A stretch of 64,000 nt of DNA. It comes from an uncultured virus (IMG/VR IMGVR_UViG_3300025099_000015). Lineage: Duplodnaviria > Heunggongvirae > Uroviricota > Caudoviricetes. The DNA is taken from IMG/VR virus record IMGVR_UViG_3300025099_000015, one strand, 5' to 3'. The position numbers and the translations under genes were made by a program. Every line of letters starts with the position of its first letter. Positions within the stretch are counted from its first letter, which is position 1. Of the stretch, positions 47,273 to 56,521 are shown piece after piece. The notes beneath the pieces were generated by a model. That model made no database searches and was not told the origin of the DNA. It worked only from the letters and a program-made list of their open reading frames with translations.

Positions 47273-48655
47273 ATGTCTACAAACTATATTAAAACAATGA
47301 AAGATTTAGAAGCATCTACCTATGGTGGTAGAAGTGGATTAGGCGGTAACTCGCTGTTAAAGAGTGCCGGAGTAGTCATGGGATTACATACCGGACATGG
47401 AGGAACAGAAACTCCACAAGGAACTGCGGCTACTGGTATAGGTAGTTTGTATAACCTAGTATATGGAAAGAAAGTATGGTCTATGCTTAACCAAGAAGTT
47501 AATGCATTAGCAATGCTTCCTAAGAGACCTTATACTTCAAGTGGTTGGAGAATAATGACTGACAGACCATCTGGTGGTTCAGGTAGTAAGTTTGCTACAA
47601 TTAATTCTGGTGCCGGAACAGGAACAGGTGCAATTGGTGGTTCAGCACCTAGAATAGATAATCTAGGTGGTGTTGTTGAAAATGCAAGACTAGGAACTGA
47701 ATTAAAATCTATGGCACCAAGTTATACAACCTTGTTTACAAGCCCAAAAACTGTTGCTCATATGTTTGAGTTTTCAGAACTTGCGCTTGAAATGGCTAAG
47801 ATTGACGATGGAGTAGGCGACTTAAGAGCATTAATTCGTGAAGATATGGGTAAACACCATGCTGAAGTGCAGAATAAAATGTTATTGATGCCTCTTGAAA
47901 ACTACGACCAAACTGATGGCTCTGCTGTTATTGATGTAACTGCAAACTATACTTCTTTAATGAAGGTAGTTTCATCATCAAAAGAGATTGAAGCAATGGA
48001 AGATGCATCTTTACTTGATACAGGTGCATCAACCACAGGTGGAATTATTAACCAATTAGTTACATTGTATGGAAATACAGACAGGCAATTAGTTAACAAT
48101 GCATTTAATGAATCTTTCATGGATTCACAGGTTGATTTCGGTGCTTCATACGGTGCATCAGATGCTAGACCATTGACCCTAACTATACTAAACGGTATGT
48201 TAAGAGAATTAAGAGAAAACGGTGGTAGCCCTAAAGTTATCTTGACTGGATATGATACTATCCAACATCTAGGTGATTTGCTACAAAGCCAAGAAAGATT
48301 CTTAGACAGAAAAGAAATAATACCAACACATGGCGGTGTTCGTGGAGTAAAAGGAACAGAAGTAGGATTTAGAGTTGCTACTTACTATGATATACCTTTG
48401 ATACCATGTAAAGACATGCCTAAAACCGGAAATGCGGCTGAGACAGATAAACTAAGCGATATGCTTATTCTTGATACAGACCATCTATGGCTATCTGTTA
48501 TGAAACCAACCCAATACTTTGAGGATGGAATTGATAACGGAAACCCATTCGGAGTTGGAAACTTGGGTAATCAAGCAATGTATCGAACCATTGCTGAAAC
48601 AGGTTGCTCTTTCTTTAAGGGACAAGGAAAAATAACAAACCTAACAAGTGCTTGA
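47273..48655 (+). CDS. Major capsid protein (HK97 fold)
   Basis: 460 aa after the protease; VWSMLNQE, FEFSELA, YYDIPLIP, KGQGKITNL pattern of archaeal tailed-virus MCPs. Confidence 0.88.
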   Translation: MSTNYIKTMKDLEASTYGGRSGLGGNSLLKSAGVVMGLHTGHGGTETPQGTAATGIGSLYNLVYGKKVWSMLNQEVNALAMLPKRPYTSSGWRIMTDRPSGGSGSKFATINSGAGTGTGAIGGSAPRIDNLGGVVENARLGTELKSMAPSYTTLFTSPKTVAHMFEFSELALEMAKIDDGVGDLRALIREDMGKHHAEVQNKMLLMPLENYDQTDGSAVIDVTANYTSLMKVVSSSKEIEAMEDASLLDTGASTTGGIINQLVTLYGNTDRQLVNNAFNESFMDSQVDFGASYGASDARPLTLTILNGMLRELRENGGSPKVILTGYDTIQHLGDLLQSQERFLDRKEIIPTHGGVRGVKGTEVGFRVATYYDIPLIPCKDMPKTGNAAETDKLSDMLILDTDHLWLSVMKPTQYFEDGIDNGNPFGVGNLGNQAMYRTIAETGCSFFKGQGKITNLTSA

Positions 48656-48666
48656 GGTGATTAAGT

Positions 48667-49002
48667 ATGACACACGTAGTTAAATTGTTAGCAGACCATA
48701 AAGGTATGACTACACCAAGAGTGCATGGTGATGAATATCTTGTGGATGCTTCAGTAAATATAACTGCATACGTGCAAGGTGGAGTAACCGTAACGGCGGC
48801 TTCACTTGGCTTAAGCCGTATTAACGCTGTATTGGTGACAGGTTGTGAGCAATTAACTCACACTGCATCAGCAGTGCTTGATACAGACGGTGCATATTTA
48901 AGCGGAACAAGTTTTAAACTTGCCTTAAATGCAGGTGATGCTCAACAAAGCGGAACAGGTGATGAAGGTATGGTTAGACTTCGTGTTTACGGAATACTCT
49001 GA
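48667..49002 (+). CDS. Putative capsid decoration/minor capsid protein
   Basis: 111 aa, beta-rich, immediately after the MCP, followed by a hairpin. Confidence 0.55.
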   Translation: MTHVVKLLADHKGMTTPRVHGDEYLVDASVNITAYVQGGVTVTAASLGLSRINAVLVTGCEQLTHTASAVLDTDGAYLSGTSFKLALNAGDAQQSGTGDEGMVRLRVYGIL

Positions 49003-49026
49003 AAGGAGTAGTAATGTGGCCTTTGG

Positions 49027-49046
49027 TCTCCCTTAATCGGGAGGCC
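49027..49046 (+). terminator. Stem-loop after capsid/decoration genes
   Basis: GGTCTCCC-TTAATC-GGGAGGCC; coordinates approximate. Confidence 0.4.
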
Positions 49047-49074
49047 ATTGGTTACGACTTTACAAGGTGAAAAC

Positions 49075-49455
49075 ATGGCAAAAATACAATATACAGGAAA
49101 TGAGCGAAATCGTTCATTAGTTAAGGGCGGTTCAATATCCCCAAAGGAAACATTGACCGTAGATGCAAAACTTGCGTTAGTCTATTTAGGCGATACTGAT
49201 TTTAAAATTACATTCGATGCTTCAGATAGAGCAACACTCAATACTTGCAGTGAAGGCCAATACAAATGGCTACAAAGAGAGTTTAAAGGTAAAACACTAT
49301 CTGAAACACTAGATAAAATGTTTACAGTTAAACCAAAAAAGACAATAATACCAAAGAAAAAGGTAGAACCTAAGACAGAAACTAAACCTAAAGAAGAAGT
49401 TAAAAAACCTAAACCTTTAGTTTTAAAGAAGACTTTGGAAGATTCAGAACTTTAA
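49075..49455 (+). CDS. Hypothetical virion-associated protein with Lys/Pro-rich tail
   Basis: ATG at 49075 (MAKIQ) after GGTGA. Confidence 0.55.
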   Translation: MAKIQYTGNERNRSLVKGGSISPKETLTVDAKLALVYLGDTDFKITFDASDRATLNTCSEGQYKWLQREFKGKTLSETLDKMFTVKPKKTIIPKKKVEPKTETKPKEEVKKPKPLVLKKTLEDSEL

Positions 49456-49499
49456 TAAGTATAGCATAATGTGAAAGATTTAGAGGAGGACTGATATTT

Positions 49500-49850
49500 A
49501 TGGGTAGTGGGTCAATAGCAACTAAAACACATGTATTTTTATCGGCGGCCAGCGATGCAACAATTAATGGCACAGCAGGTAGGCAAGCGGTACAACTAAT
49601 TACAGGTAGACAAAAGATAGTTTCACTTAAGGTTAGTAATAATCAAACAACTGCAATGCAGATTGATTTTATTGATGGTGCGGGTGCAAGTGCATTTAAT
49701 GGTAAACTAATTCACAGAGTATTCGTGGGTTCAACCAAAGAAAATCTTGATTTTGACATGCATGGTGCTATAATAAATGATGGACTATATGTTCTAGTTA
49801 CGGGCGCAGGAACGAAAGTAAAAGTTTCAGTTTCTGCTCAATATAACTAG
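49500..49850 (+). CDS. Small beta-rich putative virion protein
   Basis: 116 aa, GGAGG site, structural-module context. Confidence 0.55.
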   Translation: MGSGSIATKTHVFLSAASDATINGTAGRQAVQLITGRQKIVSLKVSNNQTTAMQIDFIDGAGASAFNGKLIHRVFVGSTKENLDFDMHGAIINDGLYVLVTGAGTKVKVSVSAQYN

Positions 49851-49862
49851 GAGAAAATATAT

Positions 49863-50282
49863 ATGCCGGCATTAGGTAAAGACACAAAATTAGTAATGAC
49901 AATATTGTTCGTAGGGGCAATATGTGGAGTAAACGTATTCTTTTATGCGGAGTTTGGTAATCTATTAGCATTCTCACACTATGCTCACGCAGTAGTGTTT
50001 GGTCTAATGACGATTGGAGGCATCTTAGTAATGAAAGCGATGTTTGACCTCGTATTGAATGACTACATAGAAATGGCTCTATTAGATAGAAAGATAGCCG
50101 CCTATTGGAGTAAAAGAGCGAGAGATGAACAACAAAGGGAAAGAGTTAGAACAAGTTTACAACAGTATAATCAACAATGGGGATATACACCAAATACCCC
50201 TGGACAATTTAATCCTGCACAACCTGCAATTCAGCCTGTGCAAGAAGTAAAGCCTTCCTTTCTGGCGAGACTTGAACCCTAA
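49863..50282 (+). CDS. Membrane protein (2 predicted TM helices)
   Basis: Hydrophobic LVMTILFVGAICGVNVFFY and AVVFGLMTIGGILVM segments. Confidence 0.7.
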   Translation: MPALGKDTKLVMTILFVGAICGVNVFFYAEFGNLLAFSHYAHAVVFGLMTIGGILVMKAMFDLVLNDYIEMALLDRKIAAYWSKRARDEQQRERVRTSLQQYNQQWGYTPNTPGQFNPAQPAIQPVQEVKPSFLARLEP

Positions 50283-50291
50283 GTGATATAG

Positions 50292-50516
50292 ATGTTGGAA
50301 ACAATAGCATTTGGAATGGATGAAACTGCTCTAGCATACGATATGCAAAGAGCGCATTCTGCTGATGTTTGGTTTCTAAGAGCAAGATTTTATTTTTGGG
50401 GTGCTATATCAACAGTTACAGGATTCTGTGTAGGACACTTTCTTCCACTATTAGGCATAAACATGTATGCTTCGGCATGGGAGGGTTTTTGGAACTTTTA
50501 TCATCATTTATTTTGA
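50292..50516 (+). CDS. Small membrane protein
   Basis: Hydrophobic FYFWGAISTVTGFCVGHFLPLLGI. Confidence 0.6.
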   Translation: MLETIAFGMDETALAYDMQRAHSADVWFLRARFYFWGAISTVTGFCVGHFLPLLGINMYASAWEGFWNFYHHLF

Positions 50517-50525
50517 GGAATTAAT

Positions 50526-51194
50526 ATGTCGGTAATGGCAGGTTTTGCTATAATTATAGTTGAACAAATAGGATTATTTTGGAAAAAAATTAATCCTCAT
50601 TCTTTTGGAATATACGGTGCTACTCAAGTAGGTAAAACTACCTTACATCATCAACTACGGACTAGAGGTGATGTTCCAGAAATTAAAGAAAGAACAGTAG
50701 GCGCACATAAACCGCTTAGGAAAACAATTAAAATTGATGGAGATACACACACAATAAGAACATCAGACATAGGAGGTGAATCATTATACTGGGGCGAATG
50801 GCTATTAGACATGAAACGTAGGAAAGTAAAATATATTATTTTTATGATTGATGATAGACATTTAGCAAAACATATAGATATAGAACAGCAATTGTGTTGG
50901 AAGTTTTTAGTAGATTGTATAACATCAAACCATTGGGATATAATAAACAAATCAGGTAAGAAAAAAATACATGACTATCCAATAGCAGTAGGCGTATGGG
51001 CGAATAAGTTTGATATTTGGAAAGACCGATACGAATATACAGATATACAAAAACATCCAATATTTGAGGCGTTTAAAGACGGAATGCAAAAACTAAACGA
51101 TAAAGGAATACCGACTCATAAATATATAGTAAGTGCAAAGTCAGAAGCAGAAATGGTTTATCGAGGAATTACAACAATGATAGAGGACTACTAA
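50526..51194 (+). CDS. Small Ras-superfamily (Arf/Rab-like) GTPase
   Basis: G1 GATQVGKT, G2 T (ERTVG), G3 DIGG, G4 NKFD, G5 SAK; hydrophobic N-terminal helix. Confidence 0.85.
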   Translation: MSVMAGFAIIIVEQIGLFWKKINPHSFGIYGATQVGKTTLHHQLRTRGDVPEIKERTVGAHKPLRKTIKIDGDTHTIRTSDIGGESLYWGEWLLDMKRRKVKYIIFMIDDRHLAKHIDIEQQLCWKFLVDCITSNHWDIINKSGKKKIHDYPIAVGVWANKFDIWKDRYEYTDIQKHPIFEAFKDGMQKLNDKGIPTHKYIVSAKSEAEMVYRGITTMIEDY

Positions 51195-51258
51195 TGATAA
51201 CAGATAACTGCTCAATGGGAATGCTTTGTCAATGTAAAGAATGTAAGGAGAGAAATAA

Positions 51259-51969
51259 ATGACGATGACATACCAACCCCCAAGTTTAATTGGTGCAAGT
51301 AACGCTACTGTAAACAATGCGTTTTTACCACCAATAAAGTATGCTAGAGCCGCAGGTTCAGTAATGAAATATGAATACAAAAGTAGTAAGCCAAAAAAAC
51401 AAGTTAAAGAAATGGTTAAGATTTTATGGCCGGAGAAAAAAACATTCTTAAAAATGCCGATAGGATTTAAGTTTAATACTAGAGATAGATGTGTAGTATG
51501 TGGAACACATAAAGTATGGGAATCATCAGACCCTGCTAGACCCCCTTTACCTTTACACAAAGTTAGAAAAGGTTATCCCATGAGAGGAACATATTGTAAT
51601 AAACACGCACAATTACATAAACAATATGAAATGCTAGAACAACAAATTATAGCAGACGAACATGGATTGTCATTTAGTGCATATATTCCTAAACCGACTG
51701 TTCCTAAGATGCTTCAATCTGCACCGCTAACTTCATTAAGGCAATCCGATATTGAAGCATTGTCGGCAAGTGGTTGGACTATACGCCCTCCTCAAATGTC
51801 GGTAGAAACACCGGAAGATGAGTTATTCAGATTAACGATGGAAAGTCACGCAATTAATAACAGAGTAATATCATTAATGACAACAGGCACTAGTATTAAA
51901 CAACAATCATTACCAGAAGAATCACTAGCGCAACAAATAGACAATGTATTTTTAGAAGGAGTAGAATAA
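51259..51969 (+). CDS. Zn-finger-containing hypothetical protein
   Basis: CVVCG...YCNKH. Confidence 0.6.
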   Translation: MTMTYQPPSLIGASNATVNNAFLPPIKYARAAGSVMKYEYKSSKPKKQVKEMVKILWPEKKTFLKMPIGFKFNTRDRCVVCGTHKVWESSDPARPPLPLHKVRKGYPMRGTYCNKHAQLHKQYEMLEQQIIADEHGLSFSAYIPKPTVPKMLQSAPLTSLRQSDIEALSASGWTIRPPQMSVETPEDELFRLTMESHAINNRVISLMTTGTSIKQQSLPEESLAQQIDNVFLEGVE

Positions 51970-51970
51970 T

Positions 51971-52708
51971 ATGGGATTATTAGGAACAAGTAACAGCAAT
52001 ATAGTATCAGCGATAGACGCACAATCGGCGGCCAATTTTAAGGCAACTAATAACCTTTTAACATTACAAACAAATCATGTAGAAGAGTTTTTTGAATATC
52101 ATGGTGAAGGTTTTTTGATGGCATTAGAAAAACTTATGGAAGATACTACCGAAAGAGTAGTAAGCCAACTTCTTTCTAAACTAAAATTATCTCAAGGTTC
52201 TAGTGGAGAAATGGTAATACACCCTGATTGTTTAACTGACTATAATGGTATAACACAAGCAAATATTACATTAGATGTTCAAGCATTACTTGCGGCGGCA
52301 GTAAATACCGAGGTAGTTGTTCAAAGAAAAATGGCTAGACAACAATATTTAGAGACTCAAGGATTTACTCCTAGTTTGCCTCAAGGACAAGCACCACAAC
52401 AACAATATCAACAACCTACACAACAATATCAACCGCAACAAGGATTACCTAATGCGGGTGGATTAAACCCTGCACAAATTAGTGGAGGAAACCCAATGGT
52501 TCAAGCAAATAATATGATGCAACAACAACATCAAGCAATGAACAATCCATCAGGATACCCTGTACCGCCGCAAGGTTATGATACAATGGGTAATCCCTAT
52601 TGGATAGACCCTGCTACCGGACAACCATCGTATACACCCCCAGGTTCTGGTATAGGACTAGGAAAGATGATTCAAAAGGGTGCGGCATGGGCGGCTTGGT
52701 TAGCATGA
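51971..52708 (+). CDS. Hypothetical protein with Q/P/G-rich disordered tail and amphipathic C-terminus
   Basis: QQQYQQP repeats; terminal GLGKMIQKGAAWAAWLA. Confidence 0.65.
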   Translation: MGLLGTSNSNIVSAIDAQSAANFKATNNLLTLQTNHVEEFFEYHGEGFLMALEKLMEDTTERVVSQLLSKLKLSQGSSGEMVIHPDCLTDYNGITQANITLDVQALLAAAVNTEVVVQRKMARQQYLETQGFTPSLPQGQAPQQQYQQPTQQYQPQQGLPNAGGLNPAQISGGNPMVQANNMMQQQHQAMNNPSGYPVPPQGYDTMGNPYWIDPATGQPSYTPPGSGIGLGKMIQKGAAWAAWLA

Positions 52709-52717
52709 GGGGTTTAG

Positions 52718-54670
52718 ATGGACATCAACATACCCGTAACTATTAGATATAGTAGACGAGACTACACAATAGGACAAAAGTTAGAACTCGATTCTAGCAT
52801 GAGAGGTGGTGATGTAGATAATCACCCATTGTTTAAATTAATGCTACAATACATTTGTTCTCCATTTAGTGATAATAACTATAATGATATAGAAGATGAT
52901 TTAACTTATTTTTTAATGCCTAGTTTTATGAATAAGGTTGCTGAAGAAGATAAAGATTTAGATTTTGATGAAAACGAATATAAACTACATGTTGATTATG
53001 CTTGGAAAGCAATACAGGAATTAACAACAGCAGAATTATTAGAAAAATTAAAACCATACGTTGGTAATTATGAACAAATAGAAAGAGCATTATCTGGAGA
53101 ATCTGGACTAACTGATGAAGGTAAAACTGTTAGAGTTTCAGATGTTAATACTGAAATAGGCACAGACCATATAATGTCTTCACATACAAAAGGCATGGAA
53201 AGTAAAAAGATATGGCAAGCATCTGATAAACAACTTCCTTATGAACCTGCTTTAGAAAAAATAAATACTACGGATGATGGCAATCGTTATTTTACCATTG
53301 AAGTAAGTAATAAATCCCCTGTTAAATTACCACTACGTTATGGAACTCATAAGGCTACATTTCAAGAACAAGAATATGTTATTGAAATAGATTTTCAAAG
53401 AATAATGGAGAAATTGTTTGAGGAAGCAGGTATATCAGTTGAAGTTTTAAGAGGTAGAAGAGGAGATATAGCCCCAACTGCGCCTAAAGATAAACAGGGT
53501 AGTAGGGATAATACCGAACAAGCATTAGCAGAAGCAATGGAACAAGCAAAGAAAATTAAAAAGTCTTTAGAATTAATTATTAAAGAAGAAAACATGCCAG
53601 AGGATGAAATTAAGGAAGATGATAAATATGATTATAGTAATATAAAAGTATACAATCCTCATCCTGATTATACATTATCTGAATTAGAAGAAGAAACACT
53701 AGAAAGAATAAATCTTAAAATCGCATGGAATACTTTACATGAAGAAAAACAATTTGATTATGAAGATGAAGTATCTAGTGGAGATTTGGATGCAGAAGAA
53801 ATAGTTAGACAATTTAGGGAAGGTCAAATGGATGAAATTGCTCAATTAGCAGGTGAAATGCTTGATGCAGGTGTTATGACACAAACAGCATATGACGCTC
53901 TTTTAGACGAGGGTAAAGTCCCTGGCAAAAAAGGATTTATTAAAAGGGAAAAGGCATTGATAAGTGATGTTGTAGAGTTTAAATCTAATATGAAAAAACC
54001 ATTAGGTATGAATGAGTTTGAACAGGCACAATATACTAAAGAAACAGTTAAAACTAGAAAAGATAGAAGTAATGTATTGCCAACAAAAAACCGTTCTATA
54101 TTACATAACAAGGATTCAGATAAAACATTCTTTACTAATAACAGTTGGACTAATTTAGAGACTGCTGTAATTGATTTAAAAAATGGGGCATCTAATTCAA
54201 GAGAATTAAAAAACCATTTAGATAGGGCATTAATACCAAACAAAGTAGGCACTATGGTTATTGTATTATCAGTTGTTCACCCAACAGATGAAGAGAGAAA
54301 AGGAAGAGAGGATTTACTAAATGATGAGGATATAAGTATAAGTGGTAATGCTGAATATATATTAGAGAATATATATGATGTATTTAGTTTAGTAAGCGTA
54401 TCATATGCTGTATCTACTGAATATAAAATAGGACGAATGCATAGTGAGAGAAAGCCAGAAAAAAGAAGTATGGCTACAGGAAGTGCTGAAAAATATAAAC
54501 TATCAGGTGCTTATACTTTCAATCCTGATAAAGAGACATATGGCAGTAAAACTAATTTAATGGGTGGAACAGATGCCGGAGGACAACGGGTTTACATTGA
54601 TAGTAGAACAAATACAATTCTATTCTACATTAAAAAACAATTAAATGACTTACAGAAGGCGATACAATGA
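52718..54670 (+). CDS. Large acidic hypothetical protein
   Basis: 650-aa ORF. Confidence 0.7.
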   Translation: MDINIPVTIRYSRRDYTIGQKLELDSSMRGGDVDNHPLFKLMLQYICSPFSDNNYNDIEDDLTYFLMPSFMNKVAEEDKDLDFDENEYKLHVDYAWKAIQELTTAELLEKLKPYVGNYEQIERALSGESGLTDEGKTVRVSDVNTEIGTDHIMSSHTKGMESKKIWQASDKQLPYEPALEKINTTDDGNRYFTIEVSNKSPVKLPLRYGTHKATFQEQEYVIEIDFQRIMEKLFEEAGISVEVLRGRRGDIAPTAPKDKQGSRDNTEQALAEAMEQAKKIKKSLELIIKEENMPEDEIKEDDKYDYSNIKVYNPHPDYTLSELEEETLERINLKIAWNTLHEEKQFDYEDEVSSGDLDAEEIVRQFREGQMDEIAQLAGEMLDAGVMTQTAYDALLDEGKVPGKKGFIKREKALISDVVEFKSNMKKPLGMNEFEQAQYTKETVKTRKDRSNVLPTKNRSILHNKDSDKTFFTNNSWTNLETAVIDLKNGASNSRELKNHLDRALIPNKVGTMVIVLSVVHPTDEERKGREDLLNDEDISISGNAEYILENIYDVFSLVSVSYAVSTEYKIGRMHSERKPEKRSMATGSAEKYKLSGAYTFNPDKETYGSKTNLMGGTDAGGQRVYIDSRTNTILFYIKKQLNDLQKAIQ

Positions 54671-55770
54671 GTAGACTAAAAACAGAAAGCGACTATCTTC
54701 CAACTTTATCAGGCACTCAAAATATTGGAGATTATTTAGAAGGTATAGGATACTATACTACTCATACTGATGTATCAGATTTATTACAATGTGGTGCATT
54801 TACAAGCACTTCTACTCCAGATATAACAGCAGTAGGTAAAATAATTAAAAGGACTGAAGGTAGAATTGATGAAAAATTAAAGATGTCTTTTAGGCCGGAA
54901 ATAATAGAAAAAGAAGTTCATAATTTTGACCCATATCAACAAGGTGCATACCCTGTTAGGACTAGTAAAGACTATGTTGGTTTCATTCAACTAAATAGTG
55001 AGAAGATTAGAAAGATATTAAGATTAGAAGTATGGCAAGGAGATACTTATGTTGATATGGCATCGGCTTCTTGCACTTATACTCCACCTACAACAGCACA
55101 AACAGGAACATTCAAACTAACATTTGGTGTTGGTGGGCTTACCTTTGAATTAACTGAGAATACTGCGAATGGTTTTTACGACCACTTTGGACAAAAAACA
55201 ACTGTATTAGAAATATGTGCCGCAATTAATGAAGTATATCCTTCAAAAACAGCACCGTTTACTGGACAAAAGACTCAAAAACAAACAAGAAACACTACAG
55301 ATACAAGAAACATATCTGATTTTTTCTATGCTTGTCCAACAGAAGATGGTAAATCTGTTTATATTTCTTCTAAGTTACCTTCAGATGCAGGGACTATATG
55401 CACTTTAAATCAGTTATTAGGAACAGATACAACAAGTTATTCATTTACTGATAATCAAACAAGTGGTAGGACTGAAGAATATTGGGTTATTAATGAAGAA
55501 GGAAAGATATTCTTTAGAACAAATTATCCTTATCACACTAATCATTCAATAAGAGTAACATATGAAAGAGGTAGAGGTAGAGTCCCTTCATCTATACATG
55601 AAGCAACGACTAAACTTGTAGCCGCAGAAATATTAGTTACTGATGATAATACTATATTAATTGCTGAAACAGGCTCTAACATAGATATAACTAAAAAACA
55701 TGAGATTCTAACAACAGAAGCCAACGCTATATTAGACGGCAAAAAGAACTTGATATACTTACTTGATTAA
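54667..55770 (+). CDS. Putative head-tail adaptor (connector) with inserted domain
   Basis: YYTTHTDVSDLL N-terminus and IRVTYERG...VPSSIHEATTKLVA C-terminus typical of gp6/gp15-like adaptors. Confidence 0.6.
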   Translation: MSRLKTESDYLPTLSGTQNIGDYLEGIGYYTTHTDVSDLLQCGAFTSTSTPDITAVGKIIKRTEGRIDEKLKMSFRPEIIEKEVHNFDPYQQGAYPVRTSKDYVGFIQLNSEKIRKILRLEVWQGDTYVDMASASCTYTPPTTAQTGTFKLTFGVGGLTFELTENTANGFYDHFGQKTTVLEICAAINEVYPSKTAPFTGQKTQKQTRNTTDTRNISDFFYACPTEDGKSVYISSKLPSDAGTICTLNQLLGTDTTSYSFTDNQTSGRTEEYWVINEEGKIFFRTNYPYHTNHSIRVTYERGRGRVPSSIHEATTKLVAAEILVTDDNTILIAETGSNIDITKKHEILTTEANAILDGKKNLIYLLD

Positions 55771-55996
55771 TATGAATAAACTTCACTATAATGAGTTGCT
55801 GTTAAAGGCGAATACCATAGCAGACAAATTAAAAAATAGAGAAAAAATAGAAAAGCAATTAGGCTTACCTGTATCAACTGAAATGACTGAACAATGGATT
55901 AAAGAAGAATTAGATGAAGCCGCTAAAAGGTATGCTGACAAGATAGTATATGACATGCTACAAGAACAAATATATCAACAATTAATGAGGGGTTAA
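55763..55996 (+). CDS. Small hypothetical protein
   Basis: ORF between neck genes. Confidence 0.5.
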   Translation: MINMNKLHYNELLLKANTIADKLKNREKIEKQLGLPVSTEMTEQWIKEELDEAAKRYADKIVYDMLQEQIYQQLMRG

Positions 55997-55998
55997 AC

Positions 55999-56505
55999 AT
56001 GGATGAAGTCACCTTTGTTTTAAAATTATTAGAAGATAATTGGCAAGATGCTAGAACCGCCGCAGGTATTAACGAACATAAGCCGGCTGTTACTGCAATC
56101 AATTTCATAGATGTTAGGTCATTTGAACCAAACAAAGGAAGAAGGGTTGATGCCGATGAAAAATCAGTCATTATTGTTTACGAAGATAGTGCCTCAATAA
56201 CCCATCCTACCATAGATTGGGGTGTAAGAAATGAAGAATATTCATTTACAATACACCTAAGAGTTTTACATCAAAAAGATTGGGCGGATTTAACATTTTC
56301 ACGGACTCGTCTGCAAAGTTTATATCAGATAGTCCGGCACATCATAGAGAGGAACGGGCTTAGACCGAGCGTTATTGAGGGGTCAAGCACATATACCGCA
56401 GACTTAATTGAGATTACAGGAAGAAGTGAGGCTAATGATAGAGGTAAAAGATTGTTAGGTTATAAGATGTCTGTAACTATGAAAAGATTTGGAAGAACTA
56501 CATAA
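55999..56505 (+). CDS. Putative tail terminator/completion protein
   Basis: 168 aa immediately upstream of the tail tube gene; alpha/beta pattern. Confidence 0.55.
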   Translation: MDEVTFVLKLLEDNWQDARTAAGINEHKPAVTAINFIDVRSFEPNKGRRVDADEKSVIIVYEDSASITHPTIDWGVRNEEYSFTIHLRVLHQKDWADLTFSRTRLQSLYQIVRHIIERNGLRPSVIEGSSTYTADLIEITGRSEANDRGKRLLGYKMSVTMKRFGRTT

Positions 56506-56521
56506 ATAAAAGGTGAAATAA

